From Oscillospiraceae bacterium (GTDB taxonomy: Bacteria; Bacillota; Clostridia; Oscillospirales; JAAYXM01): a stretch of DNA of 64,000 nucleotides. Below the pieces are notes generated by a model. The model was not told where the DNA came from. It saw only the letters and a list, made by a program, of their open reading frames with translations, and did not search any database. The DNA is taken from NCBI GenBank assembly GCA_017559985.1, contig JAFYPW010000036.1:23295-87294 (forward strand), written 5' to 3'. The position numbers and the translations under genes were made by a program. This document shows, in pieces, positions 38,646 through 50,200 of the stretch (position 1 is its first letter; every line of letters starts with the position of its first letter).

Positions 38646-39632
38646 ATGAAGATTCGTGACACAGATTATTTATATGCAACCATGCGCGTACGTGCCAACG
38701 AGAAAAGTCTTTTAAACTCGTCGCAAATTTCGCGTATGGTATCTGCAAAAACACCTGAGGAGGCCGCTAAAATACTTTCCGAAGCAGGATATTCCGATGT
38801 TTCGCTAAACAGCCTTTCAGATATATTTGCGGCTGTCACAAAGATGCAGGCGGAGGCATATGAGCTTGTCGGTGAAGTTCTGGACAACGCATTTTTGAGG
38901 GACGTGTTTTTGCTTAAATATGATTTCCATAACATAAAAGTTGCCGTAAAGGCACGTCTTACGGGCGAAGATCCGACAAGGCTTATGTCTGATTTTTCAA
39001 TCATCCCGAAGGATGAGCTTTTAAATGCCGTCAGGACCGGAGATATGAGCGCTCTTCCCGAAAAGATGTCGGAGGCGATAAAGCTTTCAGAAGAGAAGCT
39101 TTCTCATACGGGTAACGCGCAGATGGCAGACTTTGTTCTCGATGCGGCGTGCTTTGATATGATGCGTGACGCTGCGATAAAATCCGGAAGTGAGTTTCTC
39201 GTTGGTTATGTAAAGCTTATGTGCGATGTTGCAAATCTTCGCACGGCTGTACGGGTAAGGCGGCAGAAAAGCGAGCTTGGCGTATTAAAGAGCGCCTTTG
39301 TTCCCGGTGGCGAGACAGATGCCGAAACACTCTATGCAGATGACTTGAAAGAGGTGTTTTTCGGAACACTTCTCCAACCCGCAGCGAGCCTTGCGGATGC
39401 GGTGATTGACGGGAAAAGCGGGTTTACGGAGTTTGAGCGCGAGCTTGACAGCGCACTTGTGTATTATATGCAGAGCGCAAAATACGTTGCTTTTGACGAA
39501 CGCCCCATCGTTGCATATCTTGCGGCGAAAGAAACAGAGGCACAGGCTGTGCGGATAATTATGGCAGGGAAATTTGAAAACCTCTCTCCCGACCAAATAC
39601 AGAGCAGATTGAGAGGAATAAAAAATGGCTAA
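38646..39632 (+). CDS. ntpC: V-type ATPase subunit C (d-subunit)
   Basis: 328 aa from the ATG at 38646 ('MKIRDTDYLYATMRVRANE'), helical-repeat protein at the expected operon position. Confidence 0.85.
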   Translation: MKIRDTDYLYATMRVRANEKSLLNSSQISRMVSAKTPEEAAKILSEAGYSDVSLNSLSDIFAAVTKMQAEAYELVGEVLDNAFLRDVFLLKYDFHNIKVAVKARLTGEDPTRLMSDFSIIPKDELLNAVRTGDMSALPEKMSEAIKLSEEKLSHTGNAQMADFVLDAACFDMMRDAAIKSGSEFLVGYVKLMCDVANLRTAVRVRRQKSELGVLKSAFVPGGETDAETLYADDLKEVFFGTLLQPAASLADAVIDGKSGFTEFERELDSALVYYMQSAKYVAFDERPIVAYLAAKETEAQAVRIIMAGKFENLSPDQIQSRLRGIKNG

Positions 39633-39939
39633 AAAAATCGCAGTTTTAGGTGACCGCGAAAGCGTTCTGGGATATCGCACACTCGGTTTTGTGTGCAGAT
39701 GTGCGTCTGATGCGGAGAGCGCAGAACGGGAGCTCAAAGCGCTTGCAAAGGAAGATTTTGCGGTTATTTATATCACAGAACAGCTTGCGTGTCTTATTCC
39801 TGACACAATAGCCGGGTATAAGGATTGCCCGCTTCCGGCGATAATACTTATCCCCGGGAAAGAGGGAAGCCTCGGAATAGGAATGAAGGGCGTGCACGAC
39901 GCAGTAGAACGTGCTGTCGGCGCAGATATTTTAGGTTAA
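39625..39939 (+). CDS. V-type ATPase subunit F
   Basis: 104 aa with '[18 protein letters not shown]' typical of subunit F. It overlaps the subunit C end by 8 nt. Confidence 0.85.
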   Translation: MAKKIAVLGDRESVLGYRTLGFVCRCASDAESAERELKALAKEDFAVIYITEQLACLIPDTIAGYKDCPLPAIILIPGKEGSLGIGMKGVHDAVERAVGADILG

Positions 39940-39955
39940 AGGATTTGATGGACAT

Positions 39956-41725
39956 ATGACAAGCGGAAAGATTATTAAAGTTTCCGGTCCGCTCATTGTG
40001 GCGGAGGGGATGGCCCATGCGAATATGTTTGATGTTGTTCGCGTAGGTGAGGATAAGCTTATTGGCGAAATAATCGAGATGCGCGGAGACCGCGCATCAA
40101 TTCAGGTATACGAAGAAACGGCAGGCGTAAAGTTTGGTGACGAGGTTATCACAACGGGAGCACCGCTCTCTGTTGAGCTTGCGCCGGGTCTTATTGAAAA
40201 TATTTACGACGGAATCCAGCGTCCGCTCGAAAAAATCCGCGAGATTGCAGGAAGCAACATAAACCGCGGAATTGACGTCAAGAGCGTTGACCGTGACCGC
40301 GTGTGGGATTTTGCTCCGTCCAAAAAGGTTGGAGATAAGGTTACATCCGGCGATATTCTCGGCACTGTGCCGGAGACTGTCATTGTTGAACACCGCGTTA
40401 TGGTTCCGCACGGAATTTCCGGCGAGATTGTCGAAATTTCGGAAGGCTCGTTCAGAGTTGAAGATACCATCTGTAAAATTAAAAAGGAAAACGGAGAAAC
40501 AGTTTCTGTTTCAATGCTCCAGAAGTGGCCTGTCCGTGTAGGACGCCCGTATAAGGAGAAAATGCCGCCGGATGTGCCGATGATTACCGGACAGCGCGTT
40601 ATAGACACAATGTTTCCGATTGCAAAGGGCGGCGCGGCAGCAGTTCCCGGTCCGTTCGGAAGCGGAAAGACAGTTGTTCAGCACCAGCTTGCAAAGTGGT
40701 CTGACGTTGATATTGTTGTATATATCGGCTGCGGCGAGCGCGGAAACGAAATGACAGATGTTCTCCGCGAATTCCCCGAGCTTCTTGACCCGAAAACGGG
40801 CGAGTCTCTTATGAAGAGGACGGTGCTTATCGCAAATACTTCCGATATGCCTGTTGCGGCGCGTGAAGCATCAATATACACAGGCATTACAATTGCCGAG
40901 TATTACAGAGATATGGGTTATGACGTTGCAGTTATCGCCGACTCGACTTCGCGTTGGGCAGAGGCTCTCCGTGAGATGTCAGGCCGACTTGAAGAGATGC
41001 CCGGTGAAGAGGGATATCCGGCATATCTCGCTTCCCGCCTTGCACAGTTCTATGAACGCGCGGGAAGAATTTATGCAGTATGCGGCGAAGAAAGACGCGG
41101 CTCGCTTACGGCAATCGGTGCAGTTTCACCTCCGGGTGGTGACATTTCCGAGCCGGTCAGCCAGGCAACGCTCCGAATAGTAAAGGTTTTCTGGGGACTT
41201 GATTCGTCTCTTGCATACCGCCGCCACTTCCCGGCAATCAATTGGCTCAATTCCTACTCGCTCTACCTTGACAGACTTTCCGGTTGGTTTGACGAGAATG
41301 TAACCCGTGAGTTTATAAAGAACAGAAGCGAGGCAATGAACCTCCTCCAGCTTGAAGCAGAGCTTCAGGAGATTGTCCGCCTTGTCGGTATAGATGCACT
41401 CTCCGCGGAGGACCGCGTAACACTCGAAACAGCACAGATTATCCGCGAAGACTTCTTGCAGCAGAACGCATTCTCCGATACTGACAGCTACACACCGCTT
41501 ACAAAGCAGGCGCGCCTTATGAATCTCATTCTCAAATATTATGAGCTTTCAAAAAACGCTGTTGCAGCGGGCGCTGCGCTGGGCAATATATTTGCAATAA
41601 GCGCAAGAGAAAAGCTCGGCCGTGCAAAAGACGTTTCAAACGAAACCTTCAACACAGCCTATGATGAGATAGAAGAGCTTATGGAAAAAGAAATGAATGC
41701 TCTCGTTACAAAGGAGGTACAGTGA
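39956..41725 (+). CDS. ntpA: V-type ATPase catalytic subunit A
   Basis: 589 aa with Walker A 'GPFGSGKTV', 'GERGNEM' and '[13 protein letters not shown]'. Confidence 0.97.
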   Translation: MTSGKIIKVSGPLIVAEGMAHANMFDVVRVGEDKLIGEIIEMRGDRASIQVYEETAGVKFGDEVITTGAPLSVELAPGLIENIYDGIQRPLEKIREIAGSNINRGIDVKSVDRDRVWDFAPSKKVGDKVTSGDILGTVPETVIVEHRVMVPHGISGEIVEISEGSFRVEDTICKIKKENGETVSVSMLQKWPVRVGRPYKEKMPPDVPMITGQRVIDTMFPIAKGGAAAVPGPFGSGKTVVQHQLAKWSDVDIVVYIGCGERGNEMTDVLREFPELLDPKTGESLMKRTVLIANTSDMPVAAREASIYTGITIAEYYRDMGYDVAVIADSTSRWAEALREMSGRLEEMPGEEGYPAYLASRLAQFYERAGRIYAVCGEERRGSLTAIGAVSPPGGDISEPVSQATLRIVKVFWGLDSSLAYRRHFPAINWLNSYSLYLDRLSGWFDENVTREFIKNRSEAMNLLQLEAELQEIVRLVGIDALSAEDRVTLETAQIIREDFLQQNAFSDTDSYTPLTKQARLMNLILKYYELSKNAVAAGAALGNIFAISAREKLGRAKDVSNETFNTAYDEIEELMEKEMNALVTKEVQ

Positions 41726-43104
41726 TGATAAAAGAATATCGTACCGTCCAGGAAGTAACAGGACCGCTTATGCTGGTCCGTGATGTTTCCGGAGTTGCAT
41801 ATGACGAGCTCGGCGAAGTCGAACTTCCCAACGGCGACCGTCGCCGTTGCAAAGTTCTTGAAGTTAACGGAAACGACGTTCTCGTTCAGCTTTTTGAAAA
41901 CAGCGCGGGAATCAACCTGCGCGACAGCAAGGTAAGATTTCTCGGTCACGGAATAGAGCTTGGCGTTTCTGAGGATATGCTCGGTCGTGTTTTTGACGGT
42001 ATGGGCAGACCGAAGGACGGGGGCCCCGAAATTCTTCCCGAAGAGAGAAGAAACATAAACGGAACGCCGATGAATCCCGCGGCAAGAAACTATCCTGACG
42101 AATTTGTTCAGACAGGTATCTCCACAATTGACGGACTCAACACACTTGTCAGAGGACAGAAGCTCCCGATTTTCTCGGGCTCAGGTCTTCCTCATGCACA
42201 GCTTGCCGCGCAGATTGCGCGTCAGGCAAAGGTGCTTTCGGCAGATGCTAAGTTTGCTGTTGTCTTTGCGGCTATCGGTATCACCTTTGAAGAGGCAGAC
42301 TTCTTCATAAGTGACTTTAAGCGCACGGGAGCCATTGACCGCACGGTTCTTTTTGTAAATCTCGCAAACGACCCTGCGATTGAGCGTATTTCAACACCGC
42401 GTATGGCACTTACTGCGGCAGAATATCTTGCCTTTGAGAAGGATATGCACGTTCTTGTCATTATGACAGATATCACAAACTATGCGGAAGCTTTGCGTGA
42501 GGTCTCTGCGGCACGTAAAGAGGTTCCCGGACGTCGCGGATATCCGGGATATCTCTATACAGACCTTGCAACAATGTATGAAAGAGCGGGAAGAAACCTC
42601 GAGAGTGAGGGCTCAATTACAATGATTCCGATTCTTTCAATGCCGGAGGATGATAAAACACATCCCATCCCTGACCTTACGGGATATATCACAGAGGGAC
42701 AGATTATCCTTTCCCGCGAGCTTTACAGAAAAAACATACTCCCGCCTGTTGACGTTCTTCCGTCGCTTTCCCGCCTTAAAGACAAGGGAATAGGCGCAGG
42801 AAAGACCCGTGAGGACCACGCAGGGACAATGAACCAGCTCTTTGCTGCATATGCGCGCGGTAAAGAAGCAAAAGAACTTATGACGATTCTCGGTGAAGCT
42901 GCGCTTTCAGATATTGATAAGCTCTATGCAAAGTTCTCCGAAGAATTTGAAAAGCAATATGTAAACCAGGGCTATGACGAAAACCGTTCAATTGAGGAAA
43001 CACTCAACCTCGGCTGGAAGCTTCTTTCCATTCTCCCGAAGAGCGAGCTCAAAAGAATAAAACCCGAACTTATCGAAAAATATCTTCCGGTCGAAGAAAA
43101 GTAA
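41722..43104 (+). CDS. ntpB: V-type ATPase subunit B
   Basis: 460 aa with '[13 protein letters not shown]', '[13 protein letters not shown]' and '[13 protein letters not shown]'. Confidence 0.97.
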   Translation: MMIKEYRTVQEVTGPLMLVRDVSGVAYDELGEVELPNGDRRRCKVLEVNGNDVLVQLFENSAGINLRDSKVRFLGHGIELGVSEDMLGRVFDGMGRPKDGGPEILPEERRNINGTPMNPAARNYPDEFVQTGISTIDGLNTLVRGQKLPIFSGSGLPHAQLAAQIARQAKVLSADAKFAVVFAAIGITFEEADFFISDFKRTGAIDRTVLFVNLANDPAIERISTPRMALTAAEYLAFEKDMHVLVIMTDITNYAEALREVSAARKEVPGRRGYPGYLYTDLATMYERAGRNLESEGSITMIPILSMPEDDKTHPIPDLTGYITEGQIILSRELYRKNILPPVDVLPSLSRLKDKGIGAGKTREDHAGTMNQLFAAYARGKEAKELMTILGEAALSDIDKLYAKFSEEFEKQYVNQGYDENRSIEETLNLGWKLLSILPKSELKRIKPELIEKYLPVEEK

Positions 43105-43120
43105 GAAAGGGTTTTAAGTT

Positions 43121-43768
43121 ATGGCGACTTTGAATGTAAATCCTACGCGTATGGAACTCAAACGCCTCAAAGGCAGAGTTACCACTGCGCGTCGCGGACA
43201 TAAGCTTTTAAAGGATAAGCGCGACGAGATGATGAAGCGCTTTCTTGAAATTGTCCGCGAAAATAAGCGTCTTCGCATTGAGGTTGAAAAAGCGCTTACG
43301 GATGCAAACCGCGGTTTTGGAATTGCAAGTGCAGTTATGTCTCCCGAAACTCTGGAACAGGCACTTATGTGTCCTACCAAAAGTGTCGAGCTTGACGTGT
43401 CGTATAATAACATAATGAGTGTCGAGGTGCCGGAATTTTCATTTTCGGAAAGCGACGGAAAGGGAGTTTATCCCTATGGATATGCTTTTGTTTCCGGCGA
43501 ACTTGATGACGCGGTTGACGGACTTTCAAAAGTACTTCCGAGTCTTTTGCGACTGGCGGAAACCGAAAAATCAGCTCAGCTTCTCGCACAGGAGATAGAG
43601 AAGACACGCCGACGCGTAAACGCGCTTGAATATGTTATGATTCCGCAGCTTGAAGAGACTATCAGGATGATAACCATGAAGCTTGACGAAAACGAGCGCG
43701 GAAACCTTACCCGACTTATGAAGGTTAAGGATATGATGATAAAAGAACAGCTTCAAAAGAAAAAATAA
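43121..43768 (+). CDS. ntpD: V-type ATPase subunit D
   Basis: 215 aa with 'NVNPTRMELKRLKGRVTTARRGHKLLKDKRDE' and 'EKTRRRVNALEYVMIP'. Confidence 0.93.
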   Translation: MATLNVNPTRMELKRLKGRVTTARRGHKLLKDKRDEMMKRFLEIVRENKRLRIEVEKALTDANRGFGIASAVMSPETLEQALMCPTKSVELDVSYNNIMSVEVPEFSFSESDGKGVYPYGYAFVSGELDDAVDGLSKVLPSLLRLAETEKSAQLLAQEIEKTRRRVNALEYVMIPQLEETIRMITMKLDENERGNLTRLMKVKDMMIKEQLQKKK

Positions 43769-43771
43769 GAA

Positions 43772-43810
43772 AATAAGCACCGCCTTTTGCGGTGCTTATT
43801 GACTTTTTTG
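43772..43810 (+). terminator. Rho-independent terminator after the ntp operon
   Basis: Perfect 12-bp stem AATAAGCACCGC (43772-43783) / GCGGTGCTTATT (43789-43800), followed by GACTTTTTT. Confidence 0.8.
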
Positions 43811-43826
43811 AGGCTTGTGATATAAT
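43799..43826 (+). promoter_or_regulatory. Sigma-A-like promoter for the AEC transporter gene
   Basis: TTGACT (43799-43804), 16-nt spacer, TGaTATAAT (43818-43826). Confidence 0.45.
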
Positions 43827-43846
43827 AACACGGTAAAAATCCGGAG

Positions 43847-44767
43847 GTGTTTTTCTTGCAGATAACTTTGATTACCTTAAAACAGCTTATAAATATGTTC
43901 TTCTTTATAGGAGTAGGCTATATATTCAGAAAAAAGAATATTTTTGACGACAAGTCAGGCACAACAATCTCAAAGCTCGTTGTAAACATCTTCCTGCCGG
44001 CAATGGTCGTTCTTTCTTTTTCGAACAATTTCAAAGTTGATGTCATTCGTGACAAGCTGATGATTTTTCTCTTTTCGTTTGCAGTGCTTGCCGTGACGGG
44101 CGTTCTTTCGATTGTTCTTGCGAAGATGTTCTCTAAAAACCGCAAAACACAGGCGATTTACATATACAGCTTCACAATCCCGAACCTCGGATATATGGCA
44201 TATCCGCTCGTCAAGGCGATTTACGGAGAAATTGCTTTTCTTGATACGTTGGTTTACTGCATACCGTATAGCCTGTACATATACACGATAGGAATGTATC
44301 TGCTCACTTCAAATGAAAAGCTTTCGTTTAAGTCACTCTTAAACCCGGCGCTCCTCGCGGCTTTTGTAGGTATCTTCCTGGGGGTTCTTGATGTAAAGCT
44401 TCCCGAAGTGGTAACGGGAATTATAAAATCTGCTGAAAACTGCGTGACACCGTGTGCGATGGTCCTGACAGGATGCGTCTTTGCAAGAATCAATATAAAG
44501 GCGGTTTTCCTTGACTGGCGTTCATATGTAACATCGGCGATTCGCCTTCTTATAATCCCCATTGCGTCGCTCTTCATTTTCAGGCTTTTAAATGTGCCCG
44601 AAAGCTGGATACTCCCTGCTGTTGCGGTTCTTGCAATGCCCTGCGGCGTAAACAGTGTTGTTTTTCCCGAAGCATACGGCGGCGATGCGGAGTCCGGCGC
44701 AAAAATCTGCTTTATGTCTGCTATTGCCGCGCTCATAACAATCCCCATAGTTTTTGCATTGATATAA
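43847..44767 (+). CDS. AEC-family (auxin efflux carrier type) transporter
   Basis: Polytopic protein of about 300 aa with an N-terminus '..FFFIGVGYIFRK' typical of AEC/MleP-like permeases. The TTG at 43856 (6 nt after GGAGGTG) is the more likely true start than the GTG at 43847. Confidence 0.78.
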   Translation: MFFLQITLITLKQLINMFFFIGVGYIFRKKNIFDDKSGTTISKLVVNIFLPAMVVLSFSNNFKVDVIRDKLMIFLFSFAVLAVTGVLSIVLAKMFSKNRKTQAIYIYSFTIPNLGYMAYPLVKAIYGEIAFLDTLVYCIPYSLYIYTIGMYLLTSNEKLSFKSLLNPALLAAFVGIFLGVLDVKLPEVVTGIIKSAENCVTPCAMVLTGCVFARINIKAVFLDWRSYVTSAIRLLIIPIASLFIFRLLNVPESWILPAVAVLAMPCGVNSVVFPEAYGGDAESGAKICFMSAIAALITIPIVFALI

Positions 44768-44769
44768 TA

Positions 44770-44808
44770 AAATCCCTGTACGGAAATCCGTACAGGGATT
44801 TATGTTTT
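44770..44808. terminator. Bidirectional terminator between convergent genes
   Basis: AAATCCCTGTACGGA (44770-44784) / TCCGTACAGGGATTT (44787-44801) palindrome, followed by ATGTTTT. Confidence 0.7.
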
Positions 44809-44815
44809 AATGATA

Positions 44816-45217
44816 TTACTTTTTTGAGATGTCTTCTCCGTTGAGAAGTGCCTCAACAAGGTCTAACACAGACTGCGGATAGCCTTTTGCGGGGTAGGAG
44901 AAAAAACGTCCGTTCTGAATGGGCTTGTTCGGGCTTTCCTCGCCGAACATCGCGCAGTTTTTGGTAGCGGAAGCTTTGCTGTCTGTAAGGACAACAGGGA
45001 TAGAAACGGTGAAATCCTTGCCGATTGAAACCTTGAAGGAAAATGCGGAAACAACACCCTCAAAGGTGGAGTCAACAAAAGTGTTCCGGACTTCATATCC
45101 TGCCGCTTCAAGACTGGTTTTCATATCCTCAAACTTTTTTTCGTCACTTTTCATACAAGCAGAAAGCGAGAGAACCATCGCAAGAAGCGTGATAATTGTT
45201 AAAAATCTTTTCATCAT
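44816..45217 (-). CDS. Small lipoprotein of unknown function
   Basis: 133 aa with signal peptide plus lipobox 'LSLSAC'. No family recognised. Confidence 0.6.
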   Translation of the reverse strand: MMKRFLTIITLLAMVLSLSACMKSDEKKFEDMKTSLEAAGYEVRNTFVDSTFEGVVSAFSFKVSIGKDFTVSIPVVLTDSKASATKNCAMFGEESPNKPIQNGRFFSYPAKGYPQSVLDLVEALLNGEDISKK

Positions 45218-45243
45218 AAAAAACTCCTTATGTAAATTTATTT

Positions 45244-45864
45244 TTATACTGCCATAAATCTGTCTTCGCCGCGTTTTGTAAGAACCCTGCCGTTGGTCAG
45301 GTCGAACACCTTATCGGCAATTAGCTGAAATTCTTCGGCGGGAATGAGAAAGGAAAGAGCGACCTCCGCGCCATAGTCGGTGTCGGTTATTTTGGCACCA
45401 AGCGCCGTAAGTGATTTTGAAACAATTTCAAAGAGGTTGTACGGTATATTCATTTTTCCGTAGGTCCATAGCCGCATAACGGCGATGCCTGCGGCATCGA
45501 GAGCAATTTTTGCGGAGTGTGAATACGCTCTTACAAGCCCGCCTGCACCGAGAAGAGTGCCGCCGAAATATCGCGTAACGACACAGCAGAAATCAAAAAC
45601 CTCTTCTTTCCGGAAAACATCAAGAACGGGAAGCCCCGCCGTACCCTGCGGCTCGCCGTTGTCGGAATAGCGCATTATGTTGTTTTCGCGAATGGAGTAG
45701 GCATAGACATTGTGTGTTGCGCTCTTGTGTTTTTCGTTTTGTTCTGCTATAAAAGCAAGGGCCTCTTCTTCTGTTTTTGTGTAACGGACAGTGCCGATAA
45801 AGCGGGAACGCTTCTCAATAAACTCGTCCGTTCCGTCATGCGCGGGAATTTTAAATGCTGTCAT
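45244..45864 (-). CDS. YigZ/IMPACT-family protein
   Basis: 206 aa with 'KRSRFIG', 'ATHNVYAY' and 'DNGEPQGTAGLPVL' typical of UPF0029/YigZ. Confidence 0.85.
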   Translation of the reverse strand: MTAFKIPAHDGTDEFIEKRSRFIGTVRYTKTEEEALAFIAEQNEKHKSATHNVYAYSIRENNIMRYSDNGEPQGTAGLPVLDVFRKEEVFDFCCVVTRYFGGTLLGAGGLVRAYSHSAKIALDAAGIAVMRLWTYGKMNIPYNLFEIVSKSLTALGAKITDTDYGAEVALSFLIPAEEFQLIADKVFDLTNGRVLTKRGEDRFMAV

Positions 45865-47131
45865 TTATATCACCTGTAAGCTTGTGCATTATTTTTCCGT
45901 AAACACGGTCGGAAAGCACAGCCGAAACTGCGATACCGTCGTTTCCGTATTCCTCCGATAAAACCTTTGCCTCGCGGTGTAAAACATCGAGAAGTTGTGA
46001 CTTCGGATACGGTATCATAAGCTCTGCCTTTCGGGATGAAAGAGAAAGCATACGGCAGATTTCCTTTTTTAATTCGTCAAAGCCTTCGCCTGTTTTCGCG
46101 GAAACGCAGACGGAGTCCGGGTCGTTTTCAAAAAGCTCGCGGGTGCAGACAAGGTCACACTTGTTAAAAACAGTGAGACAAGGGGTGCATTCTGCGCCAA
46201 GACCCTTTATAACATCGAGAACAACTCTTCCGTGTTCCGGCCATTCGGGGTTTGAAACGTCGACAACATGGAGAAGAAGGTCGGCATACAGGAGTTCTTC
46301 AAGTGTTGCGCGGAAGGCGCGGGTGAGATGGTGAGGAAGCTTTCTTATGAAGCCGACGGTGTCGGAAAGCACAACCTCTGCCGTGTCGCTTATCCGGAAC
46401 TTGCGTGCGGTCGGGTCGAGTGTATCAAAAAGCCTGTTTTCGGCGTGGATATCAGAGTCCGTGAGTTTGTTTAAGAGAGTGGATTTGCCTGCGTTTGTAT
46501 AGCCTATGAGAGCGACGAGCGGAACCTCGCGTTTTGTTCTTGCCCGGCGTTGTTCGCTTCTCACGCGCATAACCGTATCGAGTTCATCTTCAAGCTTTGA
46601 AATTCTGCGGCGTATGTGACGGCGGTCTGTTTCAAGCTTCGTTTCACCCGGGCCTCGCGTACCGATGCCACCGCCGAGACGGGAAAGCGCAGAGAAGCTG
46701 CCTGTAAGGCGGGGGAGAAGATATTTATATTGAGCAAGCTCAACTTGAAGCCGCCCTTCGTGGCTTGCGGCACGACTTGCAAAAATATCGAGTATAAGCG
46801 TTGAACGGTCAACGACGCGGACACCCAGAAGGTCTTCCAAGTTTTTTGTCTGGGCGGGGGAAAGCTCGTTGTCAAAGACTGCAAGAGAGACATCGTTTGC
46901 AGAAATGAATTCTGCGATTTCAGAAGCTTTTCCGGCGCCGATAAGCGTTTTCGGCTCGGGAAATTTGCGGTGCTGGATAACCCGTGCAACCTCTGTTCCG
47001 CCGGCGGTTCTCAAAAGCTCTGAAAGCTCATCCATACTGCTCTCGGAAACTGCTTCCGCTTCTGTATTGGTATCTGCATCAAGCCCTATGAGGACTGCGC
47101 GTTCTAAAATCTCTTCATTATTTATGTCCAT
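45851..47131 (-). CDS. hflX: GTPase HflX
   Basis: 426 aa with an HflX N-domain ('QVELAQYKYLLPRL', 'GGGIGTRGPGETKLE') and G-domain 'GYTNAGKSTLLN', 'DTVGF', 'NKCD'. Confidence 0.93.
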   Translation of the reverse strand: MDINNEEILERAVLIGLDADTNTEAEAVSESSMDELSELLRTAGGTEVARVIQHRKFPEPKTLIGAGKASEIAEFISANDVSLAVFDNELSPAQTKNLEDLLGVRVVDRSTLILDIFASRAASHEGRLQVELAQYKYLLPRLTGSFSALSRLGGGIGTRGPGETKLETDRRHIRRRISKLEDELDTVMRVRSEQRRARTKREVPLVALIGYTNAGKSTLLNKLTDSDIHAENRLFDTLDPTARKFRISDTAEVVLSDTVGFIRKLPHHLTRAFRATLEELLYADLLLHVVDVSNPEWPEHGRVVLDVIKGLGAECTPCLTVFNKCDLVCTRELFENDPDSVCVSAKTGEGFDELKKEICRMLSLSSRKAELMIPYPKSQLLDVLHREAKVLSEEYGNDGIAVSAVLSDRVYGKIMHKLTGDINDSI

Positions 47132-47196
47132 AGAGCCTCCTGCAAGTTACTTTATATTTAGTATAACTTAAAATCACGGTTCTATCAATATAAAAT

Positions 47197-47225
47197 TTGC
47201 CGAAAGTTTTACAATGTGGTATACT
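47197..47225 (+). promoter_or_regulatory. Candidate sigma-A-like promoter for addBA
   Basis: TTGCCG (47197-47202), 17-nt spacer, TGgTATACT (47217-47225). Confidence 0.4.
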
Positions 47226-47258
47226 TGTAAATAAGAGAGAAAAGCTTTGGAGGAGTAT

Positions 47259-50200
47259 ATGCTTCATCTTGTTTTAGGCCGCATAAAAAGCGGAAAGACA
47301 TCCTGCATAATAAATGAGCTTGCTTCACGTCGGGAGGAGGGAAGTCTTCTTGTTGTGCCCGAAAGACTTTCTCACTCGGTAGAGCGTCTTTTGTGCAAAA
47401 GGTGCGGGAACACTGTTTCCTCATATGCTGAGGTTACAAGCTTCCGCCGTCTTGCCGCGCGAATAAAAGGGGAGATAGGCGGAGTTGCTGCGGAGACTGT
47501 AGGTGACGGCAAACGTATGCTTCTTCTTTATTCTGCCATAAAGTCGGTATCCCCTGCGCTTTCAAAGCTTAAAAAGGCAGCGACAAATCCACAGCGTCTT
47601 TCTGGCGTTATCGAAAGCATAGATGAATTCAAGGCATACGGAATAACACCCGAGGAGCTCCTTTCTGCTTGCGGGAATGTTTCAAAACCTCTCGGTGAAA
47701 AATTAAAAGACCTTGCAGCTATATATGCGGCATATGAAAACGGACTCGGCGAAGAGGAATGCGACAGTTATGATGAACTTGGCTTTGTTGCGGCGATGCT
47801 TCGGAAAGAGGCGTTTTTCAAGGACAAAACAGTTTTTCTCGACGGTTTTTCGGGATTTACAAAGCCTGAGTTTGATATTATCGAGTCGGCTTTTGTGCAG
47901 GCGAGGGATGTGTATATTACCCTTGAACTTCCGGGAAACGCCTCTGAGGGCGAGGAAAACGGAATTTTTGATAAAGCAATAACGACAAAGAAAAAACTCA
48001 TAAATCTTTGTGAAAAGAACGGCATAGCGTGGGACGAAACCGTCCTTTGCAAGGAAAAAGAGACAACACTTTCCGTGCTTGATGAAATTATTTTTAATAC
48101 AGACAGCAAAAAATATCCTTGCGAGGGCTGTATAACGGTTGCCCGCGCTGACGGAGCGTTTCACGAGTGCGAGCTTTCTGCGGCGTATATAATTGACAGC
48201 ATAAGGAAAAACGGAATGAGATACCGCGATTTTTCCGTTGCAATTACCGACGAAGAAAAATATATTGGTATCTGTGAGATGGTATATTCGCGCTACGGAA
48301 TACCCGTTTATATCAACCGCGCAGACGATATTACCCAAAAGCCGGCGGTCGCGATAATTCTTTCGGCACTTTCCTTAATACAGAAAAATTTCAAGCCTGC
48401 TGCTGTTATGGAATATATAAAGACGGGCTTTTCCGGAATTTGCTCAAAGAGCCTTGATATATTTGAAAACTACCTGTATATGTGGGAACCGAGGGCTTCC
48501 GAATGGAAGAGCGGCGAGGATTTTACCAAAAACCCCCTTGGCTTTGGTGTTGAGGAAAATGATGAAGGCCGTGAACTTTTGCGTATAGTAAACCGTGTTC
48601 GCAGAAAGATTTCTGAGCCGATAAAGCATCTTTCCGGTGTCGTTTCAAAGGGTTGCACGGGAGAGCGTGCCGCCGCCGCAATTTATGACTTCATAAATGA
48701 AATAAACCTGCCGCGGAGATGCGATGCATACAGCTATCTGTCAAAACTGATGGGCGATTTCAAAACAGCTCAGGAATATGACGGTATGCTTTCTGTTATA
48801 TGTGACGTGATAGACAGCATAGGTACGGTTTGCGGAGAGGATGACATTACGCTTGATGAGCTCTGTGAGCTTTTCAGAATTACAGCTTCAAAGTATACAC
48901 TTTCAACAATACCTGCCACTCTTGACAGCGTAAGTGTTTCTTCTCTTGCAAGGGCGGAGGGAGAACGCGCGCGCGTCCGCATTGTTCTTGGCGCAAATGA
49001 CGGCGCATTTCCAAAAACTGCGGACCATGCGGGGATTCTTTCTGACCGTGACCGCGGAGAGCTTTCCGATTGCGGCATAGAGCTTGCACCGGCGCTGACC
49101 GAGCGTGTGTTTGAGGATTTCCGCGTTATACACAACGTTCTTTGCACGGCGGAGGAGGCTTTATATATAAGCTCTGACTCTTCCGGCAAAGCCGGAGAGG
49201 AGAGTCCTGAGGCGTCTGCTGTTTTAAGGATAAAGGACACATTTGATGGGATATCCGGCGGTTTTTCTCTGGCTGATGCAAGAAGATGCGCAAAAATTCC
49301 GTGCTTTGACGAGAGCATAGCAAGAGGAGAACTTTCAGACTTCTGGGAAATGGATGCGGAAGAAGCGTCGCGTCTTATGTCCGTGCGCGAGGCAAAGTCT
49401 ATGAAGCGCGGGCCGATAAAGAAGAGAGAGAATATAGAAGCGCTCTTTGGAAACAGAATTTATTTAAGCGCATCCCGCGCGGAGAAATTCATCTCGTGCA
49501 GATACGCATATTTTCTCCGCTACGGCATGAAGGCGTTTCCGAGGGAGAGAGCGGAGATATCCCCTATTCAGGCGGGTGACCTTCTCCACTATGTTTTAGA
49601 AAATGTTTTAAAGAGGCTCTCGAAGGCGGGGCGCTTTGACAGTGACTATGCGCTCGCACTTTCGGAGGGCATTGTGCGCGAGTATGTAGCTTTGCGTCTT
49701 GGCGGTGAGGCTGTGCTTTCGGGAAGGATGGATTTTCTCATTTCACGCCTTGAAAAGACGGTCAGGGCAGCGCTGTGTGACATATGCTCGGAAATAGAAA
49801 AAGGGGAGTTTCGCCCGCGTGACTTCGAGCTTGAATTTTCGTTTGGCGAGGACGGGCTTTCGCCGATAGAAATAAATGGCGAGACCTCGACAGTGCTTTT
49901 TGGCGGAGTTATAGACCGTGTTGATACTTACGAAAGAGACGGAGAGCTGTATTTCCGCGTGATGGATTACAAATCCGGAACAAAAACCTTTTCACTTGAT
50001 GAGAGCGTAAACGGTATAGGAATGCAGATGCTTCTTTATATGTTCGCACTTGAAGATATGGCAGAAAAGCACTATGGCAGGGGCGCAAAGCCTGCGGGGA
50101 TTATGTATATTCCTCTTGCACAGTCGTTTTCTCAGGTGCGCGGCGAAGCTGCACCCAGAACCCGCCGTGCGGGCGTTGTCATTAATGACACGGAGATCAT